Assembly: GCA_041651015.1 (NCBI GenBank)
Contig: JBAZKA010000003.1
Location: 42,572-106,571, forward strand
Source of the DNA: Patescibacteria group bacterium
Lineage (GTDB): Bacteria > Patescibacteriota > Patescibacteriia > Magasanikbacterales > GWA2-37-8
Direction: 5' to 3'
Length of the DNA stretch: 64,000 nucleotides
Shown: one piece after another, positions 7,911 to 17,500 of the stretch
How positions within the stretch are numbered: position 1 is the first letter of the stretch
Layout of the letters: the number at the start of each line of letters is the position of its first letter
The notes under the pieces: model-generated
What the model saw: only the letters and a program-made list of their open reading frames with translations
Told to the model about the DNA's origin: nothing
Databases searched by the model: none
Made by a program: the position numbers and the translations under genes

Positions 7911-9272
7911 TTACACCTCCACCGCCTCCTCCGGATCAGCCACGGAAACTCGCACGCCCAATTCACTCTTAATTTTATCGGCTAAAGGCTGGCTTTGCTC
8001 GGGCTCGCCGTGATTCAAGACCACGCATTTGGGCGTTGAACCGTTGTTTTTAATCCAATTAAAAATTTTAATTCTATCCGCGTGCGCCGAGAGCACATCA
8101 ATAAACTCCACATGGCATTTGACTGCCACGTGTTCATTCAAGACGTCCACATGAGTCGCGCCATCCAAAATCTTCCTGCCCGGCGTGTGCATGGCTTGGA
8201 AACCGGTGAGAAATAAAGTATTGCGATTATCAGACAAATAGCGCAACGCGTGATACTGGATGCGTCCGCCGTTCATCATACCCGAACCGGCAATAATAAT
8301 TTTTTGGCCAATGACCGTATTGATGCGCTTGGAATCATCGCGCGAACGGGTCATTTTCAATCCGCCGAATTGGAACAAATCATCACCGGACCGGATATAC
8401 CTTTCCGCTTCTTCATCAAAATATTGCGTGTAGCGGTTAAACACGCCCGTTGCGTTGATGGCGAGCGGGCTGTCCAAAAAAATCGGAATGTTCGGCGGTA
8501 AAACTTGGTCGCGGTCAATCAAATCATTTAAATCATACAAAATTTCCTGGGTGCGTTCCACGGAAAAAGCCGGCATCATCAAAGTACCGCCCCGCTCAAG
8601 CGCCTCGGCCACAACTTTTTTAATGGCAGACTTGCGGTCAATACTCGTGTCGTGTTCGCGGTCGCCATAAGTGGACTCGCAAATCAGCAAATAAACATCT
8701 TTGGGCAAGGCGTCGGTATCGCGTAAAATCGGGACATTCACATTGCCCAGGTCGCCGGAAAAAACAACTTTTTTGCCGGCTAAATTTATTTCCAAAAATG
8801 CCGAGCCGAAAATATGACCGGCTTCATAAAATTTAAACCTGATGTTTGATGCCGGTAAATCAAAATCATCATAATAATCCACTTGGCGCATCATACCGAT
8901 AACCTTGGCCACATCATCTAAATTATACAGAGCCGGCCGGCCAAATTTCCGGGCGTGATATTCCATGATTTCGCATGCATCCTCCAAAATCAATCTGGCG
9001 ATTTCAATAGTCGGCGGGGTGGCATAAATTTGCCCGCTGAATCCGCGCTTTATGAGCAACGGCAAGCGTCCGACATGGTCCAAATGCGCGTGCGTGACAA
9101 ACACAGCCGTGAGAGCGCTGGCGTCAAAAGCAAATGGGTCGGCATTACGGTCTTCCACAAAGTCCCCTCCCTGAAACATCCCGCAATCAACCAAAATTTT
9201 AATATCTCCCTCTTCCAGCAAACTGCACGAACCGGTGACTTCTCCGGCCGCGCCAAAAAATGATAATTTCAT
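7911..9272 (-). CDS. metallo-beta-lactamase / beta-CASP family ribonuclease (RNase J/CPSF-like, COG1236-type)
   Basis: 'FGAAGEVTGSCSLLEEGDIKILVDCGMFQGG' and 'HAHLDHVGRLP' (the HxHxDH MBL motif). About 450 aa with a beta-CASP C-terminus. Confidence 0.7.
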   Translation of the reverse strand: MKLSFFGAAGEVTGSCSLLEEGDIKILVDCGMFQGGDFVEDRNADPFAFDASALTAVFVTHAHLDHVGRLPLLIKRGFSGQIYATPPTIEIARLILEDACEIMEYHARKFGRPALYNLDDVAKVIGMMRQVDYYDDFDLPASNIRFKFYEAGHIFGSAFLEINLAGKKVVFSGDLGNVNVPILRDTDALPKDVYLLICESTYGDREHDTSIDRKSAIKKVVAEALERGGTLMMPAFSVERTQEILYDLNDLIDRDQVLPPNIPIFLDSPLAINATGVFNRYTQYFDEEAERYIRSGDDLFQFGGLKMTRSRDDSKRINTVIGQKIIIAGSGMMNGGRIQYHALRYLSDNRNTLFLTGFQAMHTPGRKILDGATHVDVLNEHVAVKCHVEFIDVLSAHADRIKIFNWIKNNGSTPKCVVLNHGEPEQSQPLADKIKSELGVRVSVADPEEAVEV

Positions 9273-9280
9273 GATATGAC

Positions 9281-9335
9281 GTTAAATAATCCGCTCTTGG
9301 CGAATCGCCCCCAGGGGGCATTTAACAGGTTAAAT
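9281..9335. repeat. Inverted-repeat element GTTAAAT...CGCCCCCAGGGGGC...ATTTAACAGG (family 2); second copy at 41148-41197
   Basis: 'cgcccccagggggcatttaacaggttaa' here versus 'cgcccccaaggggcgatttaacagggttaa' at 41172. Lies in the divergent promoter region between the RNase gene and the 9396 gene. Confidence 0.55.
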
Positions 9336-9395
9336 TATACCACATTTTACCCCCTACACAAATTCATCTATTTCTGATACAATGTCGCTATCATT

Positions 9396-10139
9396 ATGAA
9401 TCAAGAAGAACTGCTTAAAGACGTGGAAATAGTGGAGCCGCCAATGCAAGAGTTCAGAAAACGCGGACACTGGTTTGCCACTGCTTGCTTGTCCGGCTCA
9501 GGCTGTGTTTTGTTATTTATCGCGTCCATTGTCATTGGAATCAAATTTTATATTGGTGCCGGGCCGGCCACTGTCAAAAATCTGCCGACAAACTTCCCGA
9601 CCGATGTGCCGATTTACGACCAATACAACATTGACAAAATTACTTACATTTCCGGACGATATAAAAGCCGTTCTATGGAGATGGCTACTTTCTTTCCCAA
9701 ACTGGTCCTGTCGCCTGTGATTTCGCGCGAACAAAATGCGCCGTCAACCTCGGCCAAAGAAAACGGAAATATATTCAAAGAAGTCTTCCGCATGATCTTG
9801 AAACCAATCGGCGACTCTCGCGATATGATTCAAGTTGAATGGCGCGACATCACCAGCGATGTAAATACCATGATAACTTATTATAAAAGAAATTTAACGA
9901 CTAACGGTTTTACGATTGAATCAGAAACTCAAGGCAACAACTATCGTCAATTAACTTTCAGCCGGCAAGATAATTTGAGCGGGACAATTTTCGCGGAATT
10001 TTCCGACCAAAAAACCAAAAAAGTAACTTACGCGTTTATCATGGTAAATTTGCCCTATCCGGCCGAAGTCGTGAGCACGAACACCCAAACCCTCACCACT
10101 ACAACATCAACCGAACCTGAATCAAATGATACTCTCTAG
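9396..10139 (+). CDS. hypothetical N-terminally membrane-anchored protein with Thr-rich C-terminus (247 aa)
   Basis: TM 'CVLLFIASIVIGIKFYIG'. C-terminal 'TQTLTTTTSTEPESNDT'. Overlaps the murJ start, so probably cotranscribed. Confidence 0.45.
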   Translation: MNQEELLKDVEIVEPPMQEFRKRGHWFATACLSGSGCVLLFIASIVIGIKFYIGAGPATVKNLPTNFPTDVPIYDQYNIDKITYISGRYKSRSMEMATFFPKLVLSPVISREQNAPSTSAKENGNIFKEVFRMILKPIGDSRDMIQVEWRDITSDVNTMITYYKRNLTTNGFTIESETQGNNYRQLTFSRQDNLSGTIFAEFSDQKTKKVTYAFIMVNLPYPAEVVSTNTQTLTTTTSTEPESNDTL

Positions 10140-11745
10140 CTTAAACAACCAATCCAAAACCGTCACCGGCGCGGCTTTGATTATTGCGACCGCGACTTTG
10201 GCCAGCCGTTTTGTCGGCTTGATTCGCGACCGCATCCTCGCCCATTATTATGGCGCAGGCCCGGTCATGGACGCTTATTACGCGGCTTTCAAAGTTCCCG
10301 ACTTGGTTTATACTCTCTTAATTGTTGGCGCGCTGACAGCCGGATTCATTCCGATTTTTACTAAACTATTTTTTCAAGGCGAAGACAAAACTCCGGCTTG
10401 GCGCTTGGCTAATAATATTTTCAACATCGCCGGCGCGGCTCTGATAATTCTATGTAGCATCGGGATAATCCTATCCAAACACATTGTCCCCATTGTGGCG
10501 CCCGGATTTTCCGGCGATAATCAACATCTGGCGATTGCCTTTACCCGAATAATGTTTTTGTCTCCCCTGCTCCTCGGCCTATCTATGACCTTGGGCGGTG
10601 TCTTGCAATCGCTCCGCCGATTTGTGCTTTATTCCATTGCCCCGATTTTTTATAATTTGGGAATTATTATCGGGGTATCCGTGTTCGCCAAATTTATCGG
10701 CCCGACCGGAGTGGCCTGGGGTGTGGTGTTTGGCGCGGCCATGCACCTCGCGCTCATGGCCATTGGCGCCTACAACTCCGGCTGGAAATGGTCATGGGTT
10801 TTTGATTTAAAAGACGCAGGCACACGCACAGTGGGCAAACTTATGCTACCGCGCACAGTGGGCGTGGCTGTCTCCGAAATAAATATTTTGATTACCACCA
10901 TGCTCGCGTCGCTCCTGCCTATTGGCAGTGTGGCGGTGTACAATTACGCCGCCAACCTACAAGCGGTTCCGACAGGCATTATCGGCATCCCGTTTGCCCT
11001 CGCCGTATTTCCGGTTTTGTCCGCGGCTGCGGCCAGGAATGATATGGCGGACTTTACCAAGAACCTGTCGTCCACCATCGGCAAAATTCTATTTTTGATT
11101 ATTCCCCTTTCCATTATTTTGCTTTTACTCCGCGCGCAAATTGTCCGCGTTATTCTCGGCACCGGGCAATTTGATTGGACCGCCACCACCAATACGGCCA
11201 ACGCGCTCGCGTTTTTTGCTTTTGGACTTTTCGCCCAATCGCTCGTCCCACTGTTTGCCCGCGCATTTTTTTCGCTGTCGGACACCAAGACGCCTCTCGC
11301 CATTGGCGCGTTTTCCGAAATCATCGCCATTGGTTCGGCTTTAATTTTAATGCGTAGTTTGGGTGTGGCGGGATTGGCCTTGGCTTCATCCATTGGCGCG
11401 ATTATCAACGCGTCTTTGCTTGCGGTATTTCTTCGCGTACAAATACCGACATTTAATGGCGCAAAAATCATTGCTTCGCTTTTAAAAATTTCCGCGGCCG
11501 CGATTATCATGGCCGTGGTGGTTCAAATCTTAAAATATCCGTTAAATAAAATTTTTAACTTGGATTATTTCTGGGGCGTCTTTGGCCAAGGCGTAATTGC
11601 CGGAGTTGTCGGCCTCGTAGTTTACGCGGGAATATGCTGGTTGCTCAAAGTGCCGGAGTTAACTGAAATAAAACAATCATTCGCCCGCCGTTGGTTTAGA
11701 GCGCGGAGTGTCGGCGCCACGGATATTATTGATTCAAAGGAATGA
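10126..11745 (+). CDS. murJ: lipid II flippase MurJ (MviN)
   Basis: 'ATATLASRFVGLIRDRILAHYYGAGPVMDAYYAAFKVPDLVYTLLIVGALTAGFIPIF' is the MurJ N-terminal signature. About 14 TM helices. Confidence 0.85.
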   Translation: MILSSLNNQSKTVTGAALIIATATLASRFVGLIRDRILAHYYGAGPVMDAYYAAFKVPDLVYTLLIVGALTAGFIPIFTKLFFQGEDKTPAWRLANNIFNIAGAALIILCSIGIILSKHIVPIVAPGFSGDNQHLAIAFTRIMFLSPLLLGLSMTLGGVLQSLRRFVLYSIAPIFYNLGIIIGVSVFAKFIGPTGVAWGVVFGAAMHLALMAIGAYNSGWKWSWVFDLKDAGTRTVGKLMLPRTVGVAVSEINILITTMLASLLPIGSVAVYNYAANLQAVPTGIIGIPFALAVFPVLSAAAARNDMADFTKNLSSTIGKILFLIIPLSIILLLLRAQIVRVILGTGQFDWTATTNTANALAFFAFGLFAQSLVPLFARAFFSLSDTKTPLAIGAFSEIIAIGSALILMRSLGVAGLALASSIGAIINASLLAVFLRVQIPTFNGAKIIASLLKISAAAIIMAVVVQILKYPLNKIFNLDYFWGVFGQGVIAGVVGLVVYAGICWLLKVPELTEIKQSFARRWFRARSVGATDIIDSKE

Positions 11746-11937
11746 TATGATGTCCCACATGCTTACAAATATACTTTTTCGTTTCATCTTCTTTCTACCA
11801 TACTTCATGCTTGCCGCCTCAGTAATATTATTTCAAAAATATAAAAACCGCTTATTTAGAGTATATTTATTAATAATGACCACTATATTGGTCCCCACAT
11901 ATTGGATTCTATTATCGCTATGGACAGGGACAGTTTA

Positions 11938-13725
11938 ATGAGAAATTTTTGCATCATCGCCCACATTGACCACGGGAAATCCACCCTGGCCGATAGATTT
12001 TTGGAATTGACTGGAACAGTTTCACATAGGGACATGAAAGAACAATTATTAGATTCCATGGATCTGGAACGCGAACGTGGTATCACCATCAAACTCACGC
12101 CGGTCAGAATGAACTACACGGCCAATGACGGCAAAAAATATATTTTAAATTTAATTGATACGCCCGGACACGTGGATTTTAATTACGAGGTGTCCCGCTC
12201 GCTCGCGGCCGTGGAAGGCGCCATACTTCTCGTGGACGCGACTCAAGGCGTGCAAGCGCAAACGATCGGCAATTTGTATTTGGCGCTGGAACAAAATTTG
12301 ACCATCGTGCCGGTTATCAACAAAATTGACACTCCGGCCGCTAATGTTGAAAAAACTAAAGAAGAAATTATCCATTTAATCGGCTGTAAAGATGAAGATA
12401 TTTTGCTCGCTTCGGGCAAAACCGGCCAAGGTGTGCCGGAAATATTAGAACGCATTATCACGGTTGTTCCCCCACCAATGATTACCGCCGATCGTCCGGC
12501 GCGCGCTTTGATTTTTGATTCTTCATACAACGAATACAAAGGCGTGGTTGCTTCGGTCAGAATGATTGACGGCCAAATGAAAAAGGGCGACAAAATATTA
12601 TTAATGACCACCAAAACTCCCGCCGATGTTTTGGAGATCGGCTACTACACGCCAAAATTTAAACCAGCCGATGTTCTCGTAAGCGGTGAAACCGGTTATA
12701 TTGTCACAGGCCTGAAAGAAGTCCGCGAGTGCCGTGTCGGCGACACCATTACATCTATCAGCGAACCGGCGAGCGAAGCCTTGCCCGGTTACAAAGAAGT
12801 TAAGCCTATGGTCTTTGCCGGAATTTTCCCCAAAGAAGGCAACGAATACCAAGAATTGCGCGACGCGATAGATAAATTAAAATTAAGCGACTCCTCGCTT
12901 TATTATGAACCCGAACATTCGCAGGCGCTCGGCTTTGGTTTCCGCTGTGGTTTTCTCGGCATGCTTCATCTGGATATTTTTCAGGAACGTTTGCGCCGTG
13001 AGTTTAATATTGATATTGTCATTACCGTGCCGAGCGTGGCTTACAAAATTATCAAGACTGCCGGCGACGAAATAATTATTCATGGCCCTCAAGAAATGCC
13101 CGACCCGTCGCACATCCGCGAAGTCCACGAGCCATGGATGTCCTTGGACATCATCACGCCCAAAGAATATGTTGGTAACGTGATGGGGCTAATTTCCGAA
13201 CGCAAAGGCCGTTATGTCAACACTGAATATCTCTCGGCCGGAGCCGGACAACGCGCGGCCATTCATTATATTATCCCTCTTGCCTCGCTCATCACGGATT
13301 TTTATGATAAACTAAAAACTGTCACTTCCGGCTACGCTTCCATGAATTATGAGTATCGCGGTTATGAACCGACTAAAGTGGTAAAACTGGATATTTTAAT
13401 CGCCGAGGATCCGGTGGAAGAATTGTCCACATTAGTTTGGGATGATGAAGCTTACAAAACCGGCAAAAAAATTGTGGAATCTCTCAAAGAATCTTTGCCT
13501 CGCCAACAATTTGAAATTAAAATTCAAGCCGCTATTGGTGGAAAGATCGTGGCCTCGGAACGATTGAGCGCCTACCGCAAAGACGTCTTGGCAAAATTAT
13601 ACGGCGGAGACGTCACGCGTAAAATGAAACTTTTGGAAAAACAGAAAAAGGGAAAACGTAAAATGGCTTCGCACGGCAAAGTGGACATTCCCACTGAAGC
13701 ATATTTAAAAGTGCTAAAACGATAA
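11938..13725 (+). CDS. lepA: elongation factor 4 (LepA)
   Basis: 'RNFCIIAHIDHGKSTLADR', 'DTPGHVDF', 'NKID', and the C-terminal LepA domain '...YGGDVTRKMKLLEKQKKGKRKM'. Start set at the conserved MRNF, not the upstream in-frame Met of the track ORF. Confidence 0.92.
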   Translation: MRNFCIIAHIDHGKSTLADRFLELTGTVSHRDMKEQLLDSMDLERERGITIKLTPVRMNYTANDGKKYILNLIDTPGHVDFNYEVSRSLAAVEGAILLVDATQGVQAQTIGNLYLALEQNLTIVPVINKIDTPAANVEKTKEEIIHLIGCKDEDILLASGKTGQGVPEILERIITVVPPPMITADRPARALIFDSSYNEYKGVVASVRMIDGQMKKGDKILLMTTKTPADVLEIGYYTPKFKPADVLVSGETGYIVTGLKEVRECRVGDTITSISEPASEALPGYKEVKPMVFAGIFPKEGNEYQELRDAIDKLKLSDSSLYYEPEHSQALGFGFRCGFLGMLHLDIFQERLRREFNIDIVITVPSVAYKIIKTAGDEIIIHGPQEMPDPSHIREVHEPWMSLDIITPKEYVGNVMGLISERKGRYVNTEYLSAGAGQRAAIHYIIPLASLITDFYDKLKTVTSGYASMNYEYRGYEPTKVVKLDILIAEDPVEELSTLVWDDEAYKTGKKIVESLKESLPRQQFEIKIQAAIGGKIVASERLSAYRKDVLAKLYGGDVTRKMKLLEKQKKGKRKMASHGKVDIPTEAYLKVLKR

Positions 13726-13730
13726 TAATA

Positions 13731-13768
13731 ATTCGTATAATTCGCATGCATTCGTATATTCGCATCGC
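13731..13768. repeat. Tandem TTCGTATA/TTCGCATG units downstream of lepA
   Basis: 'attcgtataattcgcatgcattcgtatattcgcatcgc', related to the 6505-6539 repeats. Confidence 0.4.
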
Positions 13769-13774
13769 AACAAT

Positions 13775-13870
13775 ATGAAACACAAAACACTCAAATCACT
13801 TTGGGCGCTGGTGGCGGTCGTGGGCGTGCTCGCCATGATAATGTTCACTATCCTGCCGTTGTTCCAATAA
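13775..13870 (+). CDS. candidate 31-aa single-TM micropeptide (MKHKTLKSLWALVAVVGVLAMIMFTILPLFQ)
   Basis: ORF below the track cutoff, entirely hydrophobic after a KHK N-terminus. Lies between lepA and recJ. No SD. Confidence 0.3.
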   Translation: MKHKTLKSLWALVAVVGVLAMIMFTILPLFQ

Positions 13871-13874
13871 TTTT

Positions 13875-15653
13875 ATGCTCAAAAAATGGGTCGTCCGGCC
13901 GGAACCGCCGGCTGAATTTATAAATTCTCATCCTGAACTGCCCTTAATCGTGGCGCGTTTGCTTTGGAACCGCGGACTCAAAACCCAAGAGCAAATTGAC
14001 GAATTTCTTAATCCTGATTATCTGGCCGACATCCACGACCCGTTTTTGTTCCGCGATATGGACAAAGCGACAGATATTATTTTTGACGCCATTGCCCAAG
14101 ATAAAAAAATTGTGGTGCATGGAGATTATGACGCGGACGGAGTTTGCGCCACTACCATCCTTACCAAAACATTGAAAAAATTAGGCGCAAAAAATTTATC
14201 CGTATTTTTACCCAGCCGGATTGACGATGGTTATGGTTTGAATTTGAAAACCATTAAATCATTCGTGGAACAAAAAAATGATTTGATCATCACTTGTGAT
14301 TGTGGCATCACCAATGTGGCGGAGGTGAAAGCGGCCAAAGACGCCGGGCTCACCGTAATTATCAGCGACCACCACACTCCGCCGGAAATCATACCGCCGG
14401 CCGATGCCGTTATCCACGCCTTTCAACCCAACGAAACTTATCCGGACAAGGGGTTGGCCGGCGCGGCTGTAGCCTTCAAATTGGCGCAGGGACTATTAAA
14501 AAAACATCAAAAAAATAATTCTATTCTGACTGACGGGCAAACACATGAGGCCTTTGAAAAATGGCTGTTGGACCTGGTGGCCATTGCCACTATCGGCGAC
14601 ATGGTGCCACTCATCGGCGAATCACGTACGCTTGCCCGCTACGGCCTTACAGTTATCAACAAGACGCGCAATATTGGCCTTAAGCAACTACTGGTCGTCG
14701 CATCGCTCGTGGACGAAAACGGTAAACCCAAACGTAATTCTTTTGACTCCGAAACAGTCAGTTTCCAAATTGTGCCGCGCCTCAATGCCGCCGGTCGTAT
14801 GGACCACGCCAACACAGCCTATGCCTTGCTCGCCTCCGAAGATAAGACAGACGCGGAAAAATTAGCCTTAATGCTCAACCAAAATAATATTGACCGCCAA
14901 AAAATGACTGAGGAATTGACGAACCGGGCGATCAAACAGATAAATTCTGTTGATCAAACAAAAAACTTTGTGCTGTTTTTTTCTGACGAAGCTTTGTCCG
15001 TTGGCATTGCCGGACTCATCGCCGGCAAAATCAAAGATACTTACAATAAACCGGCTATTGCTATCGGACTGGGGGGCGAAGAAATTACCGGCTCAGGCCG
15101 AAGTATTCCGGAATTCAATATCATGGAGGCCTTGCATTCTATGCCGGAATTTTTTCTCAAATATGGCGGCCACCCGCAAGCTTGCGGATTCTCGCTCAAA
15201 TCCCGCGACGACTTGGAAAAATTTCAATCAACCATGAATGAATACGCCTCAAAGACTATCAAGGATGTTGACATGACCCCGCAAATTTTGGTGGACGCGG
15301 AAATAAATCTGGAAGATGTTGATTGGAAGCTTTATGATATTTTACAAAAATTTGAACCGTTCGGCGCGCGCAACGAAGAACCGATTTATACCGCGCGCAA
15401 CCTCACCGTGGTGGAAATAAACCCTGTCGGCAACGACGGAAAACATCTTAAATTAATGGTCCGCCACAATTCACACACTGTCCGCAAAACCATTGCCTTT
15501 GGCTTTGGAGATATTAATAAACATCCGCTTGATTGGAAAAAGATTTTACATGCCGGGGATAAAATTGATTTGGTGTTTACGGTTGGCGTGAACGAGTGGA
15601 ACGGCAATCGCGAACTGGAATTGTCGGTCAAGGATATGAAAGTGAGCGAATAG
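13875..15653 (+). CDS. recJ: single-stranded-DNA-specific exonuclease RecJ (DHH/DHHA1)
   Basis: 'VVHGDYDADGVCATTIL', 'IISDHHTPP', and the DHHA1 'GGHPQACG' motif. Confidence 0.85.
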   Translation: MLKKWVVRPEPPAEFINSHPELPLIVARLLWNRGLKTQEQIDEFLNPDYLADIHDPFLFRDMDKATDIIFDAIAQDKKIVVHGDYDADGVCATTILTKTLKKLGAKNLSVFLPSRIDDGYGLNLKTIKSFVEQKNDLIITCDCGITNVAEVKAAKDAGLTVIISDHHTPPEIIPPADAVIHAFQPNETYPDKGLAGAAVAFKLAQGLLKKHQKNNSILTDGQTHEAFEKWLLDLVAIATIGDMVPLIGESRTLARYGLTVINKTRNIGLKQLLVVASLVDENGKPKRNSFDSETVSFQIVPRLNAAGRMDHANTAYALLASEDKTDAEKLALMLNQNNIDRQKMTEELTNRAIKQINSVDQTKNFVLFFSDEALSVGIAGLIAGKIKDTYNKPAIAIGLGGEEITGSGRSIPEFNIMEALHSMPEFFLKYGGHPQACGFSLKSRDDLEKFQSTMNEYASKTIKDVDMTPQILVDAEINLEDVDWKLYDILQKFEPFGARNEEPIYTARNLTVVEINPVGNDGKHLKLMVRHNSHTVRKTIAFGFGDINKHPLDWKKILHAGDKIDLVFTVGVNEWNGNRELELSVKDMKVSE

Positions 15654-15683
15654 TAATTTGTAATTAATAATTTACACAATAAA

Positions 15684-15710
15684 ACACCCCGCATTTGCGG
15701 GGTGTTTTTC
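15684..15710. terminator. bidirectional rho-independent terminator (recJ / YtxH-like gene)
   Basis: 'acaccccgcatttgcggggtgt' followed by 'ttttt', with an A-run upstream. A near-identical hairpin occurs at 62886-62913. Confidence 0.75.
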
Positions 15711-15739
15711 GTTCTTTCGTAAATTTTTGCAGGCGGTAT

Positions 15740-16051
15740 CTATCCGTTTCTGATTTCTTCTTCCAGTCCATCCCATTTTTTTGACAATTCACGCACCAAA
15801 TTATTTTTTACATCTGCGGCTAATTCTTTCTTGGCGGCGTATTCTTCCACCGCGCGCTCCACCAGAGCGTCCCACATTTCTTTGGTCGGGCCCTCCAGCT
15901 TCATAATGCTGGTTTTGAGTTCACAATATAGCGGTTCAAGATGCGCCAAAATTTTAGTGCGATATTCCTTGCCTTTAACTGTGGCATTGAGCCACATCAA
16001 TCCGGCGCCCAAAATCCCACCAACCACCACGCCTTTATTGAACTTACCCAT
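15740..16051 (-). CDS. YtxH-like small membrane-associated protein (103 aa)
   Basis: N-terminal 'GVVVGGILGAGLMWL' glycine-zipper helix, then a charged helical tail. Confidence 0.45.
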   Translation of the reverse strand: MGKFNKGVVVGGILGAGLMWLNATVKGKEYRTKILAHLEPLYCELKTSIMKLEGPTKEMWDALVERAVEEYAAKKELAADVKNNLVRELSKKWDGLEEEIRNG

Positions 16052-16077
16052 AGGATGTTAAATTAGGTATTAATTTT

Positions 16078-16126
16078 TTAGCTAACTCCCTGCGGGAGTT
16101 CCCCCGTAGGGGGACAGCTCAATATT
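16078..16126. repeat. back-to-back GC hairpins (AACTCCCtgcGGGAGTT / CCCCCgtaGGGGG) 3' of the DsbA-like gene
   Basis: Read directly from the sequence. Resembles the CCCCC-N3-GGGGG core of family 2. No T-tract. Confidence 0.4.
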
Positions 16127-16966
16127 CTAACTACAGCTTGCATCGGTGGCCGCGCCGGCAGTATCGCCAAAACTGGCCGAAAAACTTTGCGTACTGAGAG
16201 TCTTGTCGCATTCGCTCGGCGCTTTACTAAATGCGGCGCAGATTGCTTGTTTGACCGCTTCTGGAGTACGGCCGGAATCAATTTGCACTCCATTAATCAC
16301 GAGGGTTGGCGAACCCTGCACGCCATATTTATCGTTTTCAGTTTGATGAACCGTATAAACCGGATAGGTATTTGAAAGCCATGTAGATTTGTCATTATAC
16401 ATTTCGGTAATTTTGAACGTTTTGTCTGTTTTGGCCACACAGGCGTTCATTTTGCTCGTATTCACACCCGCGGTTTTCAAACACGTCGTTGAATCTCCAC
16501 TACCGGTAAAACATTTCAAATAGGAATTAAATTTAGCAACCTGTTCTTTCTGAATACAATACTGCCGAGTATTCTCATCCAGTTCTTTCTTTTCATGCAT
16601 GGCATAAGACACAAACTTCACACTCATGTCGGCTTTTTTACCGAGCAACTCCATAACCGGTAAATAGGCTTTTTCCATTTGCAAACCATACGGGCAATAC
16701 GACATCACAAATAATTCCACCACCGGCTTGTCAGTTTTTGGCGCGACAGCCACCGTCTCCGTTTGATCGGTGGTATCTGAACTAGCGACCGCGGTATTTT
16801 TTACCGTTGAACCGGCCGAACAATTCAGACCATTAGTGGCGGCCATTACCGCCAAAACAATAAAGCCGATAGTACAGACAATCATCAACCCTCCAACAAT
16901 ACCAAGAATCATGGCGCTCTTTGGCTCCAGAATCTCAAACAAATTTTTCTTTGGCTCGTTCTCCAT
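16127..16966 (-). CDS. membrane-anchored DsbA-like thiol:disulfide oxidoreductase (thioredoxin fold)
   Basis: N-terminal TM, then 'VMSYCPYG' (a CxxC motif) and 'GSPTLVING' (DsbA-family cis-Pro loop region). Confidence 0.7.
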   Translation of the reverse strand: MENEPKKNLFEILEPKSAMILGIVGGLMIVCTIGFIVLAVMAATNGLNCSAGSTVKNTAVASSDTTDQTETVAVAPKTDKPVVELFVMSYCPYGLQMEKAYLPVMELLGKKADMSVKFVSYAMHEKKELDENTRQYCIQKEQVAKFNSYLKCFTGSGDSTTCLKTAGVNTSKMNACVAKTDKTFKITEMYNDKSTWLSNTYPVYTVHQTENDKYGVQGSPTLVINGVQIDSGRTPEAVKQAICAAFSKAPSECDKTLSTQSFSASFGDTAGAATDASCS

Positions 16967-16969
16967 AAT

Positions 16970-17500
16970 TTAGCTAATAAACGATGAATAAATAGATACG
17001 CAGGCTTTTGCCTCCATATCCGAATGCAATAATTTTAACTCATCCGCCGTATAAGTCAAGTGGATTTTGTCAATAACCCGGCTACATAATTTAGAAATTT
17101 TCGGCCAATAATAACAATTATATAAATAAACAAATACTGAAAATAAATCGGTAATTTTCATCTCGCGCCAAACAGTCGCGACCAAAATTTTATCCGGATT
17201 AGATTTTTTCCAAGCCAGCAAATTTTTAGCCAAGCCGAAAAATGGACAGTGTAAGTGAACAATATCGTAATTACCCAGATCATTAATTAAATCTCCGCCA
17301 TTAATCAGTCCACTAAAATTTAGACCCGGAGCTTTTTGCGAAATTAAATTTTGTTCACGCCGAGTAGCCGCGCCATACTGCAAAGTGTAGGCCTCCGCGT
17401 CAATCCCCATCTCACGTTCGACGTTTACCAAAGCCATCGCTTTATCGCGGATATCGTTAAAATAATCAAAGGCTGATGGAATCAAATGAATAACTTTCAT
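16970..17500 (-). CDS. stand-alone GT4 glycosyltransferase N-terminal half domain (paralog of the N-domain of the 18313-19428 GT4); possible remnant
   Basis: 'MKVIHLIPSAF...NYDIVHLHCPFFGLAKNLLAWKK' parallels 'MKIANLVSTFP...GFDVVHLHYPFYGALGSLIKAKK' in the neighbouring GT4. No C-terminal catalytic (EX7E) half. The track ORF extends upstream to 17575. Confidence 0.5.
   Translation of the reverse strand: MKVIHLIPSAFDYFNDIRDKAMALVNVEREMGIDAEAYTLQYGAATRREQNLISQKAPGLNFSGLINGGDLINDLGNYDIVHLHCPFFGLAKNLLAWKKSNPDKILVATVWREMKITDLFSVFVYLYNCYYWPKISKLCSRVIDKIHLTYTADELKLLHSDMEAKACVSIYSSFIS

Noticed and set aside
8250-9263. Small plus-strand ORFs (8250-8501, 8455-8670, 8955-9263) inside the beta-CASP RNase gene
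   Set aside because: Antisense shadow ORFs with no signals.
11902-11937. Upstream in-frame extension of lepA (MDSIIAMDRDSLM...)
   Set aside because: LepA proteins begin at the conserved M(R/K)NIRNF...IAHIDHGKST. The extension has no homology rationale, so the start was moved to 11938.
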